From positions 1 through 47,578 of the forward strand of contig CAZZLH010000001.1 in assembly GCA_964654815.1 (NCBI GenBank): a DNA stretch of 47,578 nt, written 5' to 3'. A model generated the notes under the pieces. That model did not search any database. It saw only the letters and a list, made by a program, of their open reading frames with translations, and had not been told where the DNA came from. Position numbers and translations under genes: made by a program. The stretch comes from an uncultured Actinomycetes bacterium (GTDB lineage: Bacteria > Actinomycetota > Actinomycetes > Nanopelagicales > Nanopelagicaceae). Positions 37,389 through 45,231 of the stretch are shown piece after piece (the stretch's first letter is position 1; every line of letters begins with the position of its first letter).

Positions 37389-37646
37389 ATGAAGTCGCCT
37401 GAAGTTACGATTTATAGTCGTAAAGGCTGTCATTTATGCGAGAACGTAGTGGTTTTACTCGCACCTCTACAAACAGAGCTAGGTTTTACTTTACGAGAGG
37501 TCTTAATTGATGGCGATCAGGAATTAGAGAATTTGTATGGTCAATTGATCCCGGTAGTTCATGTCAATGAAAAATACTTCTCACATTTTTATGTTGATTT
37601 GGATGAGTTTAAATCTTTCCTTGAAAAACATCATCCGCATCAATAA
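37389..37646 (+). CDS. Glutaredoxin-like (DUF836-type thioredoxin-fold) protein
   Basis: An 85-aa protein with IYSRKGCHLCE (CxxC) near the N-terminus and the IPVV motif. Its 3' end overlaps the XPB gene by 38 nt. Confidence 0.7.
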   Translation: MKSPEVTIYSRKGCHLCENVVVLLAPLQTELGFTLREVLIDGDQELENLYGQLIPVVHVNEKYFSHFYVDLDEFKSFLEKHHPHQ

Positions 37647-39261
37647 TTCGATAGCTATAGCCCTGTTCGGCCAGGAATCTTTGACGATTCTGCGCAAAAT
37701 CTTGATCAATCGTGTCTCGACTTACCACCGAATAGAAGCGCGCACCACGACCATCTGATTTTGGTCTCAAGATACGTCCCAATCTCTGAGCCTCCTCTTG
37801 TCTGCTTCCAAATGCACCACTTACCTGTATCGCGATAGTGGCATCTGGCAGATCAATGGAGAAATTTGCGACTTTGGAAACTACGAGGCATTTAAGTTCG
37901 CCACTTCGAAATTTGGCAAACAACTCTTCACGCTCTTTGATAGGAGTATCACCTTTAATTATCGGTACTCCCAACTCTTCACCTAACTCATCTAATTGCG
38001 AGATGTACTGGCCAATTACTAGAACTTGATCTTCCGCATGTTTTTCCACGAGAGATTGGACCACCTTACGTTTGGTGGCAGTGGTGGCGCAGAAGCGATA
38101 TTTCTCTTCGGGCTCAGCGGTTGCGTATGAGAGTCGTTCGGTCTCAGTCAAAGTGGCACGAATCTCTATGCATTCAGCTGGCGCAATATAACCTTGAGCT
38201 TCAATCTCCTTCCAAGGCACATCAAATCGCTTCGGTCCGATTAGTGAGAAGACCTCGCCTTCCATGCCATCCTCGCGAACCAGAGTTGCAGTCAATCCCA
38301 GGCGTCGTCTTGATTGGATATCTGCAGTAAAGCGAAAGATCGGTGCAGGTAGAAGATGCACCTCGTCATAGATAATCAATCCCCAGTCATAAGAATCAAA
38401 GAGATCAAGGTGGGCATAGACCCCATTCTTCTTTTTGGTCATCACTTGATATGTCGCAATAGTGACGGGGCGAATCTCTTTCTTAGAACCGCTGTATTCA
38501 CCAATCTCATCCTCATTTAATGAGGTGCGACGTAACAGCTCATCGCGCCATTGGCGCGCAGCTACGGTATTTGTCACAAGAATTAAAGTCGTAGCTTTGG
38601 CATGAGCCATGGCTGCAGCGCCAACAATTGTCTTACCCGCCCCGCAAGGAAGCACCACTACGCCACTGCCTCCGTGCCAAAAACCTTCCGCCGCATGTTC
38701 TTGATATTGGCGAATCTTCCAACCCTCTTCTTTTAATTCAATTGGGTGGGCTTGGCCATCTACATATCCAGCGAAATCTTCCGCAGGCCAGCCCAATCTA
38801 AGGAGGTGCTGCTTGATGGCGCCTCTCTGTGAGGGATGTACCGCGATGGTCTCTTTATCAATTCGACTACCTAGTAATGGTGCGATTTTTTTAGCGCGAA
38901 TTACCTCTTCAAGTACCGCGCTATCAGTGGTAATTAAGACTAAGCCATGAATCGGGTTTGATTCCAAGCGAAGACGACCATAACGAGACATAGTCTCGGC
39001 TACATCTAGTAATAAAGAGTGCGGTACGGCGTAACGGGAGTATTTAATTAATGTATCAATTACTCCCTCTGCATCATGTCCTGCAGCTCGTGCATTCCAA
39101 AGCCCCAAATTGGTTAATCGATAGGTATGGATATGTTCGGGAGAGCGCTCTAATTCGGCAAATGGCGCGATGGCACGGCGACATTCTGTGGAGTTTGGAT
39201 GATCAACATCCAGGAGCAATGTCTTATCGCTTTGGACAATCAATGGTCCTTCATTACTCAT
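37609..39261 (-). CDS. xpb: DNA repair helicase XPB (ERCC3-type SF2 helicase)
   Basis: N-terminal GPLIVQSDKTLLLD domain, Walker A LPCGAGKT, DEVH box, the RED motif (TATLVREDG), and a helicase C-terminal domain. ATG 39261 overlaps the M20 stop as ATGA. The track start is 39267. Confidence 0.9.
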   Translation of the reverse strand: MSNEGPLIVQSDKTLLLDVDHPNSTECRRAIAPFAELERSPEHIHTYRLTNLGLWNARAAGHDAEGVIDTLIKYSRYAVPHSLLLDVAETMSRYGRLRLESNPIHGLVLITTDSAVLEEVIRAKKIAPLLGSRIDKETIAVHPSQRGAIKQHLLRLGWPAEDFAGYVDGQAHPIELKEEGWKIRQYQEHAAEGFWHGGSGVVVLPCGAGKTIVGAAAMAHAKATTLILVTNTVAARQWRDELLRRTSLNEDEIGEYSGSKKEIRPVTIATYQVMTKKKNGVYAHLDLFDSYDWGLIIYDEVHLLPAPIFRFTADIQSRRRLGLTATLVREDGMEGEVFSLIGPKRFDVPWKEIEAQGYIAPAECIEIRATLTETERLSYATAEPEEKYRFCATTATKRKVVQSLVEKHAEDQVLVIGQYISQLDELGEELGVPIIKGDTPIKEREELFAKFRSGELKCLVVSKVANFSIDLPDATIAIQVSGAFGSRQEEAQRLGRILRPKSDGRGARFYSVVSRDTIDQDFAQNRQRFLAEQGYSYRIIDADDVFQGKI

Positions 39262-40364
39262 TTGCATAACTCCTGAATCAAAGCCTTAAGGAAAGTGGTC
39301 CGCTCTGCAATTGCTTTGACGCTGGCCCACTCATTTGCGGCATGTGCACCGCCACCAATTGCGCCAAGTCCATCCAAGACTCGCGCACCTGCTGCTGCCG
39401 CAAAATTGCCATCGCTGGCGCCACCAACTTCCGCAGAGCCAAGTGGTGCCATACCTATCGATTTAGCTACCGCTTCGGCGATTTCATAGAGCTCTTTGGT
39501 GGCGCTTGGTTCTAGAACAGGACGATTTAAACCGCCGGTGATCTCTAATCTGGCTCCGTCAGTTTCAACGGCTAGAGCACGAATGGCGCGATCTACACGT
39601 TCGAGCTCCGCTTGGCTAAATGATCTGGCATCAATTTCAAGAACGGCTTCAGCCGGAACCGTATTTGCCGTTGTGCCACCGCTTAATAATGTCGGTACGA
39701 CTGTGGTGCCATGCTCTTTCGATTCCAAACTCTTTAACTTCAGTATCTGTGCGGCGATTTCAACGGTGGCATTTACGCCCTTCTCTGGTTCTAGGCCAGC
39801 GTGCGCCGCAAGACCTACCGCCTTTACTACATACATGGCAGTGCCTTTTCGCCCAGTCTTCACCTTGCCATCAAGCGAGGCTTCAAGTACCAAGACTGCG
39901 TTAGAGCCTTTAGCTACCTCACTGATCAATTCACGGGAAGCGAAACTTCCGATCTCTTCATCGGTAGTTGCGATTAGCGCGACTGATCCGGTGATCTCTT
40001 TTAACGCGTATAAAGCTTGAATAAATCCAACCTTCATGTCAAAAGTTCCTGGACCGCGTAGTACATCGCCCTCAATCTGCCAGATTGGATTAAAGGAACC
40101 GATGGGCCAGACGGTATCTAGATGAGCAAGGAGCACGACTTTAGGTTTGGGATCTCCCCACCAGAAGACTGGGCGACCTTTTACTTCCAGTATTTCGGCA
40201 GGCTTACCGAGAACTTCCGTAGCAATTTGATTGGCTAATTCCACGACTTTGCGGCAGGCAGCAAGATCTTCAGATGGAGATTCGCATCTGACTAATTGCT
40301 CTAGGTGCGCTAGTTGTGCTGCTGCCTGTGACATGGGGTTAATTCTGCCAGTTTGATTACTCAT
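39258..40364 (-). CDS. M20-family metallopeptidase / deacylase
   Basis: Metal-ligand motifs VVLLAHLDTV and ATTDEEIGS, with a dimerisation-domain-like middle region. It is ATGA-coupled to both neighbours. Confidence 0.8.
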   Translation of the reverse strand: MSNQTGRINPMSQAAAQLAHLEQLVRCESPSEDLAACRKVVELANQIATEVLGKPAEILEVKGRPVFWWGDPKPKVVLLAHLDTVWPIGSFNPIWQIEGDVLRGPGTFDMKVGFIQALYALKEITGSVALIATTDEEIGSFASRELISEVAKGSNAVLVLEASLDGKVKTGRKGTAMYVVKAVGLAAHAGLEPEKGVNATVEIAAQILKLKSLESKEHGTTVVPTLLSGGTTANTVPAEAVLEIDARSFSQAELERVDRAIRALAVETDGARLEITGGLNRPVLEPSATKELYEIAEAVAKSIGMAPLGSAEVGGASDGNFAAAAGARVLDGLGAIGGGAHAANEWASVKAIAERTTFLKALIQELCK

Positions 40365-42514
40365 AGCGGAGCGACCCCCGTAATTCGAATGATTTTAAAG
40401 GTCTGTAGCTCTCCAGTGCTGTGATCTCTCGCGAGCAACATGCCATTTGAAATCTGCTGCGGATCAATGATCCGATGTGATACGCCACCATTGTTGTCGG
40501 CATATCCAATTGAGAGAGTGCGATTTAGGTTCTTGTTGATTAGGTCCAGAGTCTCATTTGCGGTGGTACGTGGTATCGCGCCATTACTTCGAAGTTGCGC
40601 CTGTTTTGCCGTGGATTGTTCGCCCACTTTGATAGTGCGAATTGCTGCCGCGATGCTCTCTGAAGTTGGTGCTTCAATCTCACCAATGATTCGTGGTGGC
40701 TTTGGTCGATTCTTGATCCGCTTGTTATGCGGCGAAGTCAACAATATGCCTTGGGCATTCTCAGCTGCCGGTAGATAACCATTATTTCGAAGCGAATTCA
40801 AAACCTCTTCAATCTCAAAATCGCTTACTAAAACTGTAGGTGCAATTTGACGTAGCGCAAGCTCAATCCGCTTATCTGCCAGAATCTCAGAGAGAATCGA
40901 AGGATCTTCACAACGTAGGTAGCAATTGATGGCGCCAACCCTTAATTGACCATGCTTTCGAGCAGTATCAACAATCAAATACTCCAATGGCTGTGGCAGT
41001 GAAGATTTGGAGATTTTTCCCAGAAACTTGATGATCTCGCCACTTGATTTACCATGGTCTAAACCGCGGCGAATCGAACCTTCCGTGAATCTATAAACGG
41101 TGGCTGCGCCACGACTTTCGATGTCGGCAATTTGGCTCATTTCCAGCGCAAGTTCATGTTGGAGTGGCCCAGGTGCAATCGCAGTCTGATCGCTTTGGAT
41201 CGTGATGAAATCTATAGGAGTAGGCATTGCGGCATTTACGCCAAGTTGGTCTTCTCCATCGAGCAACTTTGCGGCAAAGGTTGAGAGCGAGCCAAGCCCG
41301 GTTACGCCCAACCACTCACACTCTTCGAGAGTCCATTTAACAAGGTCGTCGCGGAGATTCGCACCGCGCCTTAATGGCGCCAACCACTTCATTCGCTCGG
41401 TGAAAGAATCAAGAGTTGGGGAGAGCTCGGTATGGCTACGAAGTTCGTTCAAGATTCGACTGCGCACATTTGCGGCACTTACTCGATCAAGTTCGGGGCC
41501 GAGAGCTGCAAATTTCTGATCACTTCGCGCAACTAATCCAGATACTCTAGAGGTAATCAGCCAGAGCGAAACCAGATTTCGCCATTTGCTCTCAAAATCC
41601 TGAGTCAACCAGATATCAAATGAGTTAGTTGGGGCGATTGTGTCATCGGCATCGACTGCAACTAATCCGGAGAGGTAAGAGAGCTCTGCGACAAATGCGG
41701 CGCAACCCTCGGTAATGCCTAGATGTTGGGCCGCCTCTTTTAAGTCGCGGATACCTAATCCACCGGCACGAAGCGCAGTTGGCGCTACCTCACCCCAGAA
41801 ATTCATTAACTCCTCACACCAACGGAGCACATTTGAGATATTTGCACTTGCGGTACGATCTATATCGCTTTGGCGGTATTGCTTGCCTTTTAATTCTGGC
41901 GCTTCAGCCAATAACTCTTTATGCGCTTTGCCGCCACGTAAATGAATTGCGACTTCGGCAGGCATGACTACATGGCGTTGATCAAGTGGCACTACAAAAT
42001 TGCGTTCTAGTAACCAAGCAATTCCGGGACCAGGATTTTTGATATCACCCACACTGCCGCGAGGTGGTCCCCAAGTTAGCGCCTTCATCACCTTCTGCGC
42101 AGAATCGGGCGCATCCTTTAACTTTGTTAGCTCTAATTTGGTTAATGAGCGCGGACCCAGTCCTGCTGGTTCGGCACCGATACTCTCTCGAAGTTGGGTC
42201 GGTATCAAACCTTCGTAAACCAGCGCTAAATCTTCAAATTTCTTGTATACAAATCGCGCCGCAGTATCGGTTATCTTCTCTAAATCCTTCACTTTGATCG
42301 GCTCTTCCAACACCATCATCGCTTCAAGTACTTGAAGCTCAAAGGCATTTAATGAATCAATAACTCGAGCCAAGCTAGGTCCACTATTTGCACGAACCGA
42401 TAGGGCCGCGTAATCCGGTGGAGTGGGAGAGATTAAATCTGGGCGAGCCGTAAACAATCGCTCGAGCGCATCATCGCTAAGGGTGCGCAGATAATCGGCG
42501 AAGGTACGATACAT
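40361..42514 (-). CDS. XPB-associated large protein (Rv0862c-like; helicase-associated domain; WYL-like C-terminus)
   Basis: An internal segment, TIQSDQTAIA...ATVYRFTEGSIRRGLDHGKSSGEIIKFLGKISKSSLPQPLEYLIVDTARKHGQLRV, aligns by eye with the XPB N-terminus encoded downstream (IVQSDKTLLL...IHTYRLTNLGLWNARAAGHDAEGVIDTLIKYSRYAVPHSLLLDVAETMSRYGRLRL). The C-terminal IGYADNNGGVSHRIIDPQQISNGMLLARDHSTGELQTFKIIRITGV looks like a WYL-type barrel. Confidence 0.65.
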   Translation of the reverse strand: MYRTFADYLRTLSDDALERLFTARPDLISPTPPDYAALSVRANSGPSLARVIDSLNAFELQVLEAMMVLEEPIKVKDLEKITDTAARFVYKKFEDLALVYEGLIPTQLRESIGAEPAGLGPRSLTKLELTKLKDAPDSAQKVMKALTWGPPRGSVGDIKNPGPGIAWLLERNFVVPLDQRHVVMPAEVAIHLRGGKAHKELLAEAPELKGKQYRQSDIDRTASANISNVLRWCEELMNFWGEVAPTALRAGGLGIRDLKEAAQHLGITEGCAAFVAELSYLSGLVAVDADDTIAPTNSFDIWLTQDFESKWRNLVSLWLITSRVSGLVARSDQKFAALGPELDRVSAANVRSRILNELRSHTELSPTLDSFTERMKWLAPLRRGANLRDDLVKWTLEECEWLGVTGLGSLSTFAAKLLDGEDQLGVNAAMPTPIDFITIQSDQTAIAPGPLQHELALEMSQIADIESRGAATVYRFTEGSIRRGLDHGKSSGEIIKFLGKISKSSLPQPLEYLIVDTARKHGQLRVGAINCYLRCEDPSILSEILADKRIELALRQIAPTVLVSDFEIEEVLNSLRNNGYLPAAENAQGILLTSPHNKRIKNRPKPPRIIGEIEAPTSESIAAAIRTIKVGEQSTAKQAQLRSNGAIPRTTANETLDLINKNLNRTLSIGYADNNGGVSHRIIDPQQISNGMLLARDHSTGELQTFKIIRITGVAPL

Positions 42515-42526
42515 AACCTGCCTATA

Positions 42527-43300
42527 TTAGTCGCTTTTCTTATCTCCTCTTGACCGCGGCGTAAGCCAGGCGCCGAGCGCAACAATTCTGCTCACCGATG
42601 GACCCAATAAACGATTTAACTTACGGAATCTACGAAAATCGTGGATCTGCCAATTCTCTGCCAAAGCTTTGATGCGCAATCTGGCATCGGGGTTAATTGC
42701 ATGTGGTGTGCCGACCGATTGCAGCAGTGGGAAATCACTGGCGCTATCGGAGTAAGCATGGCAATTAGCCAGCGAAAACCCGCGCTCTGCAGCGAGTTCG
42801 CGGACCACTCTTGCCTTTTCAACTCCATGCAGAATCTTCCCGGTTAGATTTCCCGTGTATTTTCCGTCAGCAATCTCAACACGAGTGCCTAACGCGCCAG
42901 TGAAACCTAATTTGCTGGCGATTAATTTAGCCATATCTTCTGGTGCCGCAGTAACCAACCAAACTTCTGCACCCTCTGCTAAATGTTGCTTTGCGATATC
43001 TATCGTGCCTTGTATAAGTGCAGGAGAGACAAATTCATCATAAACAGATTGTCCGATGGAGTGAATTTGTTCGACATCGTGACCTGCGATGAAATCCGTG
43101 GCTGCTTTTTGGAATCTTGCAATCACTTCAGGTTTTTCGGTTCCGGTCAATCTAAAGCGCACATTAGCTACAACAAACTTTGAGATATCTGCTTTGGTGA
43201 AGAAACCACGTTGATACATAGCGCGACCTAGAAAGTACAAGGTCGAACCACGTACCATTGTGTTATCTAAGTCAAAGAATGCAGCGCTTCTGGCGGCCAT
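42527..43300 (-). CDS. HAD-IB family hydrolase (SerB-like phosphatase)
   Basis: Motif I FFDLDNTMV and motif IV AYSDSASDFPLL. It lies 12 nt upstream of the 717-aa gene. Confidence 0.82.
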   Translation of the reverse strand: MAARSAAFFDLDNTMVRGSTLYFLGRAMYQRGFFTKADISKFVVANVRFRLTGTEKPEVIARFQKAATDFIAGHDVEQIHSIGQSVYDEFVSPALIQGTIDIAKQHLAEGAEVWLVTAAPEDMAKLIASKLGFTGALGTRVEIADGKYTGNLTGKILHGVEKARVVRELAAERGFSLANCHAYSDSASDFPLLQSVGTPHAINPDARLRIKALAENWQIHDFRRFRKLNRLLGPSVSRIVALGAWLTPRSRGDKKSD

Positions 43301-43306
43301 GCCTTA

Positions 43307-43325
43307 ACCCTAAACGCTTTATCAT
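43307..43325. promoter_or_regulatory. Back-to-back candidate -10 hexamers in a 31-bp divergent spacer (TAGGGT on the minus strand for the HAD gene; TATCAT on the plus strand for the histidine phosphatase gene)
   Basis: Each hexamer ends exactly 6 nt before its ATG (43300 on the minus strand, 43332 on the plus strand). No Shine-Dalgarno sequence is present. Confidence 0.4.
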
Positions 43326-43331
43326 TAACCT

Positions 43332-43946
43332 ATGGTGGCTAGCGTTCATGTGGTACGACATGGCGAAGTGGAGAATCCTCAGAAGATTCTCTATGGGCGC
43401 CAACCTGGCTGGTATCTCTCAAAACGCGGCGAAGAGATGGCAAGGACTTTAGGCGAATGGTCCAAATCACTTGTAATCGGTGCAGTCCATGCCTCGCCAC
43501 TTGAACGGGCGCAACAAACTGCCAAGCCGATGGCGGATGCCCATGGCCTCTCGATCACCACAGATGAACGATTGATTGAAGCAGCAAATATCTTCGAAGG
43601 AAAACCATTTGGCGTTGGCGATGGAGTATTGAAGAAGCCATCAGCTTGGCCAAAGTTATGGAATCCATGGAGACCTTCTTGGGGCGAACCATATGTAGAG
43701 CAAGTCAATCGAATGTTGGCTGCGGTCTTTGATGCGCATAAAGCTGCAGATGGTAAGGATGCGATTGTGGTTTCTCACCAATTACCTATTTGGATTTTGC
43801 GCAGCGCCATCGAAGGCCGCAGATTTCTACACGATCCACGTAAACGTATCTGCACCCTAGCTTCAGTTACTTCAATACATTTTGATGAATCCGGAATGAT
43901 CGCTGATCTGAGTTATTCCGAACCAGCGAAACATCTACTGCCTTGA
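43332..43946 (+). CDS. Histidine phosphatase (phosphoglycerate mutase-like) family protein
   Basis: The RHGE catalytic motif (VHVVRHGEVENP). It occupies the same position upstream of the ccs cluster as in mycobacteria. Confidence 0.82.
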   Translation: MVASVHVVRHGEVENPQKILYGRQPGWYLSKRGEEMARTLGEWSKSLVIGAVHASPLERAQQTAKPMADAHGLSITTDERLIEAANIFEGKPFGVGDGVLKKPSAWPKLWNPWRPSWGEPYVEQVNRMLAAVFDAHKAADGKDAIVVSHQLPIWILRSAIEGRRFLHDPRKRICTLASVTSIHFDESGMIADLSYSEPAKHLLP

Positions 43947-44488
43947 AAAAGTTTCTGGCGTCGGTTGCGCTATCGATCCTATTGCCGATAGCGCTGACGG
44001 CGTGCGGAAATTCCAAACAAGTAGCAACCAAGAGTTACGTTGCTGGTAATGGTGCAGTCACTGTTATCAAAGCCGAAAATCGAAAATCGGCTCCAATACT
44101 CTCAGGCAAGACCTTGGATGGGGTGGATCTCAAAGTTGAGACTGGAAAGGTCTCCGTGGTAAATGTTTGGGCATCATGGTGTGCGCCGTGCCGCGCCGAA
44201 GCACCTATCTTGGCTGCGCTTTCACAGAAATATCCAGAGACAAATTTTCTTGGCATCTTGACCCGTGATTCAGAAGTTGCTGCGCGAGCCTTTCAAAAGA
44301 GATTCGCACTGCCATTTCCAACTTTGATCGATGATTCAATATTGGTGGGCTTTAGAGGCACGCTTAGCGCAAATGCCATTCCTACTACCTTGGTAATTGA
44401 TAAAAATGGTCGAGTGGCCGCGCGCATTTCAGGTGCGGTGACCGTAGCCTCTTTGAGTAATTTGATTGAAAAGTTTTCAGCCGAATGA
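43943..44488 (+). CDS. TlpA/ResA-like thiol-disulfide oxidoreductase lipoprotein
   Basis: Lipobox LTAC and thioredoxin motif WCAPC. The TTG start overlaps the upstream stop (TTGA). Confidence 0.85.
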   Translation: MKKFLASVALSILLPIALTACGNSKQVATKSYVAGNGAVTVIKAENRKSAPILSGKTLDGVDLKVETGKVSVVNVWASWCAPCRAEAPILAALSQKYPETNFLGILTRDSEVAARAFQKRFALPFPTLIDDSILVGFRGTLSANAIPTTLVIDKNGRVAARISGAVTVASLSNLIEKFSAE

Positions 44489-45231
44489 TCGAGCAATTAG
44501 TCAATTACTTACTCTCGGGCACTCTCTTTCTGGCGCTGCCAATCGCAATTTTGGCCGGTTTGATCTCATTTGCCTCTCCTTGTGTTATCCCGCTCGTGCC
44601 TGGCTATCTAACTTATGCAGCCGGATTCTCTAAGGCCCGAGGTCGATTATTAGCCGGATCAATGCTCTTTGTCCTTGGCTTTACCGCACTCTTTATAACT
44701 TATGGTGCGCTCTTTGGCGGCTTAGGGAATCTGATCTCGGCAAATGAGAAGACGTTGATGCGTTTCTTAGGAGTATTTACGATCCTTATGGGCTTGATAT
44801 TTATGGGTCGAATCAATTTGCAGCGCTCTTTTAAATTCTCCAAGCTAAATCAGGCATTTAGCAATTCACTTGGAAGCGGATTGTTCGGTGCACCTATTTT
44901 GGGTTTTCTCTTTGGCTTGGGTTGGACCCCATGTATTGGACCTGCTTTGGCGGCAGTCCAAACTCTGGCATTGGAAAGTTCCAGTGCGGCTCGTGGCTCG
45001 ATACTCTCAGTTGGATATTGTTTTGGACTCGGCGCTCCATTTATCGCTACCGGTCTCTTCTTCGATAAGTCAGCTGCAATTCGTAAGTACTTAACTCGCA
45101 ACGGAGAGCGCATCGCATTCTTTGGCGGATTACTTTTGATAATAATTGGATTGACTCAAGTACTCGGACTTTGGGAGCACTTCATGAATTCGCTTCGTGG
45201 TTTGATAACTGGATTTGAGCCGGTGCTATGA
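44485..45231 (+). CDS. ccdA: Cytochrome c biogenesis thiol-reductant transporter CcdA
   Basis: Six-TM protein with conserved Cys motifs [13 protein letters not shown] and WTPCIGP. Confidence 0.92.
   Translation: MIEQLVNYLLSGTLFLALPIAILAGLISFASPCVIPLVPGYLTYAAGFSKARGRLLAGSMLFVLGFTALFITYGALFGGLGNLISANEKTLMRFLGVFTILMGLIFMGRINLQRSFKFSKLNQAFSNSLGSGLFGAPILGFLFGLGWTPCIGPALAAVQTLALESSSAARGSILSVGYCFGLGAPFIATGLFFDKSAAIRKYLTRNGERIAFFGGLLLIIIGLTQVLGLWEHFMNSLRGLITGFEPVL

Noticed and set aside
39496-40020. 174-aa plus-strand ORF antisense to the M20 peptidase gene (and similar antisense ORFs inside tmk, holB, clpC, the XPB partner and others)
   Set aside because: These are Ser/Ala/Pro/Arg-rich shadow frames opposite well-supported genes. 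They have no motifs and no translation signals.
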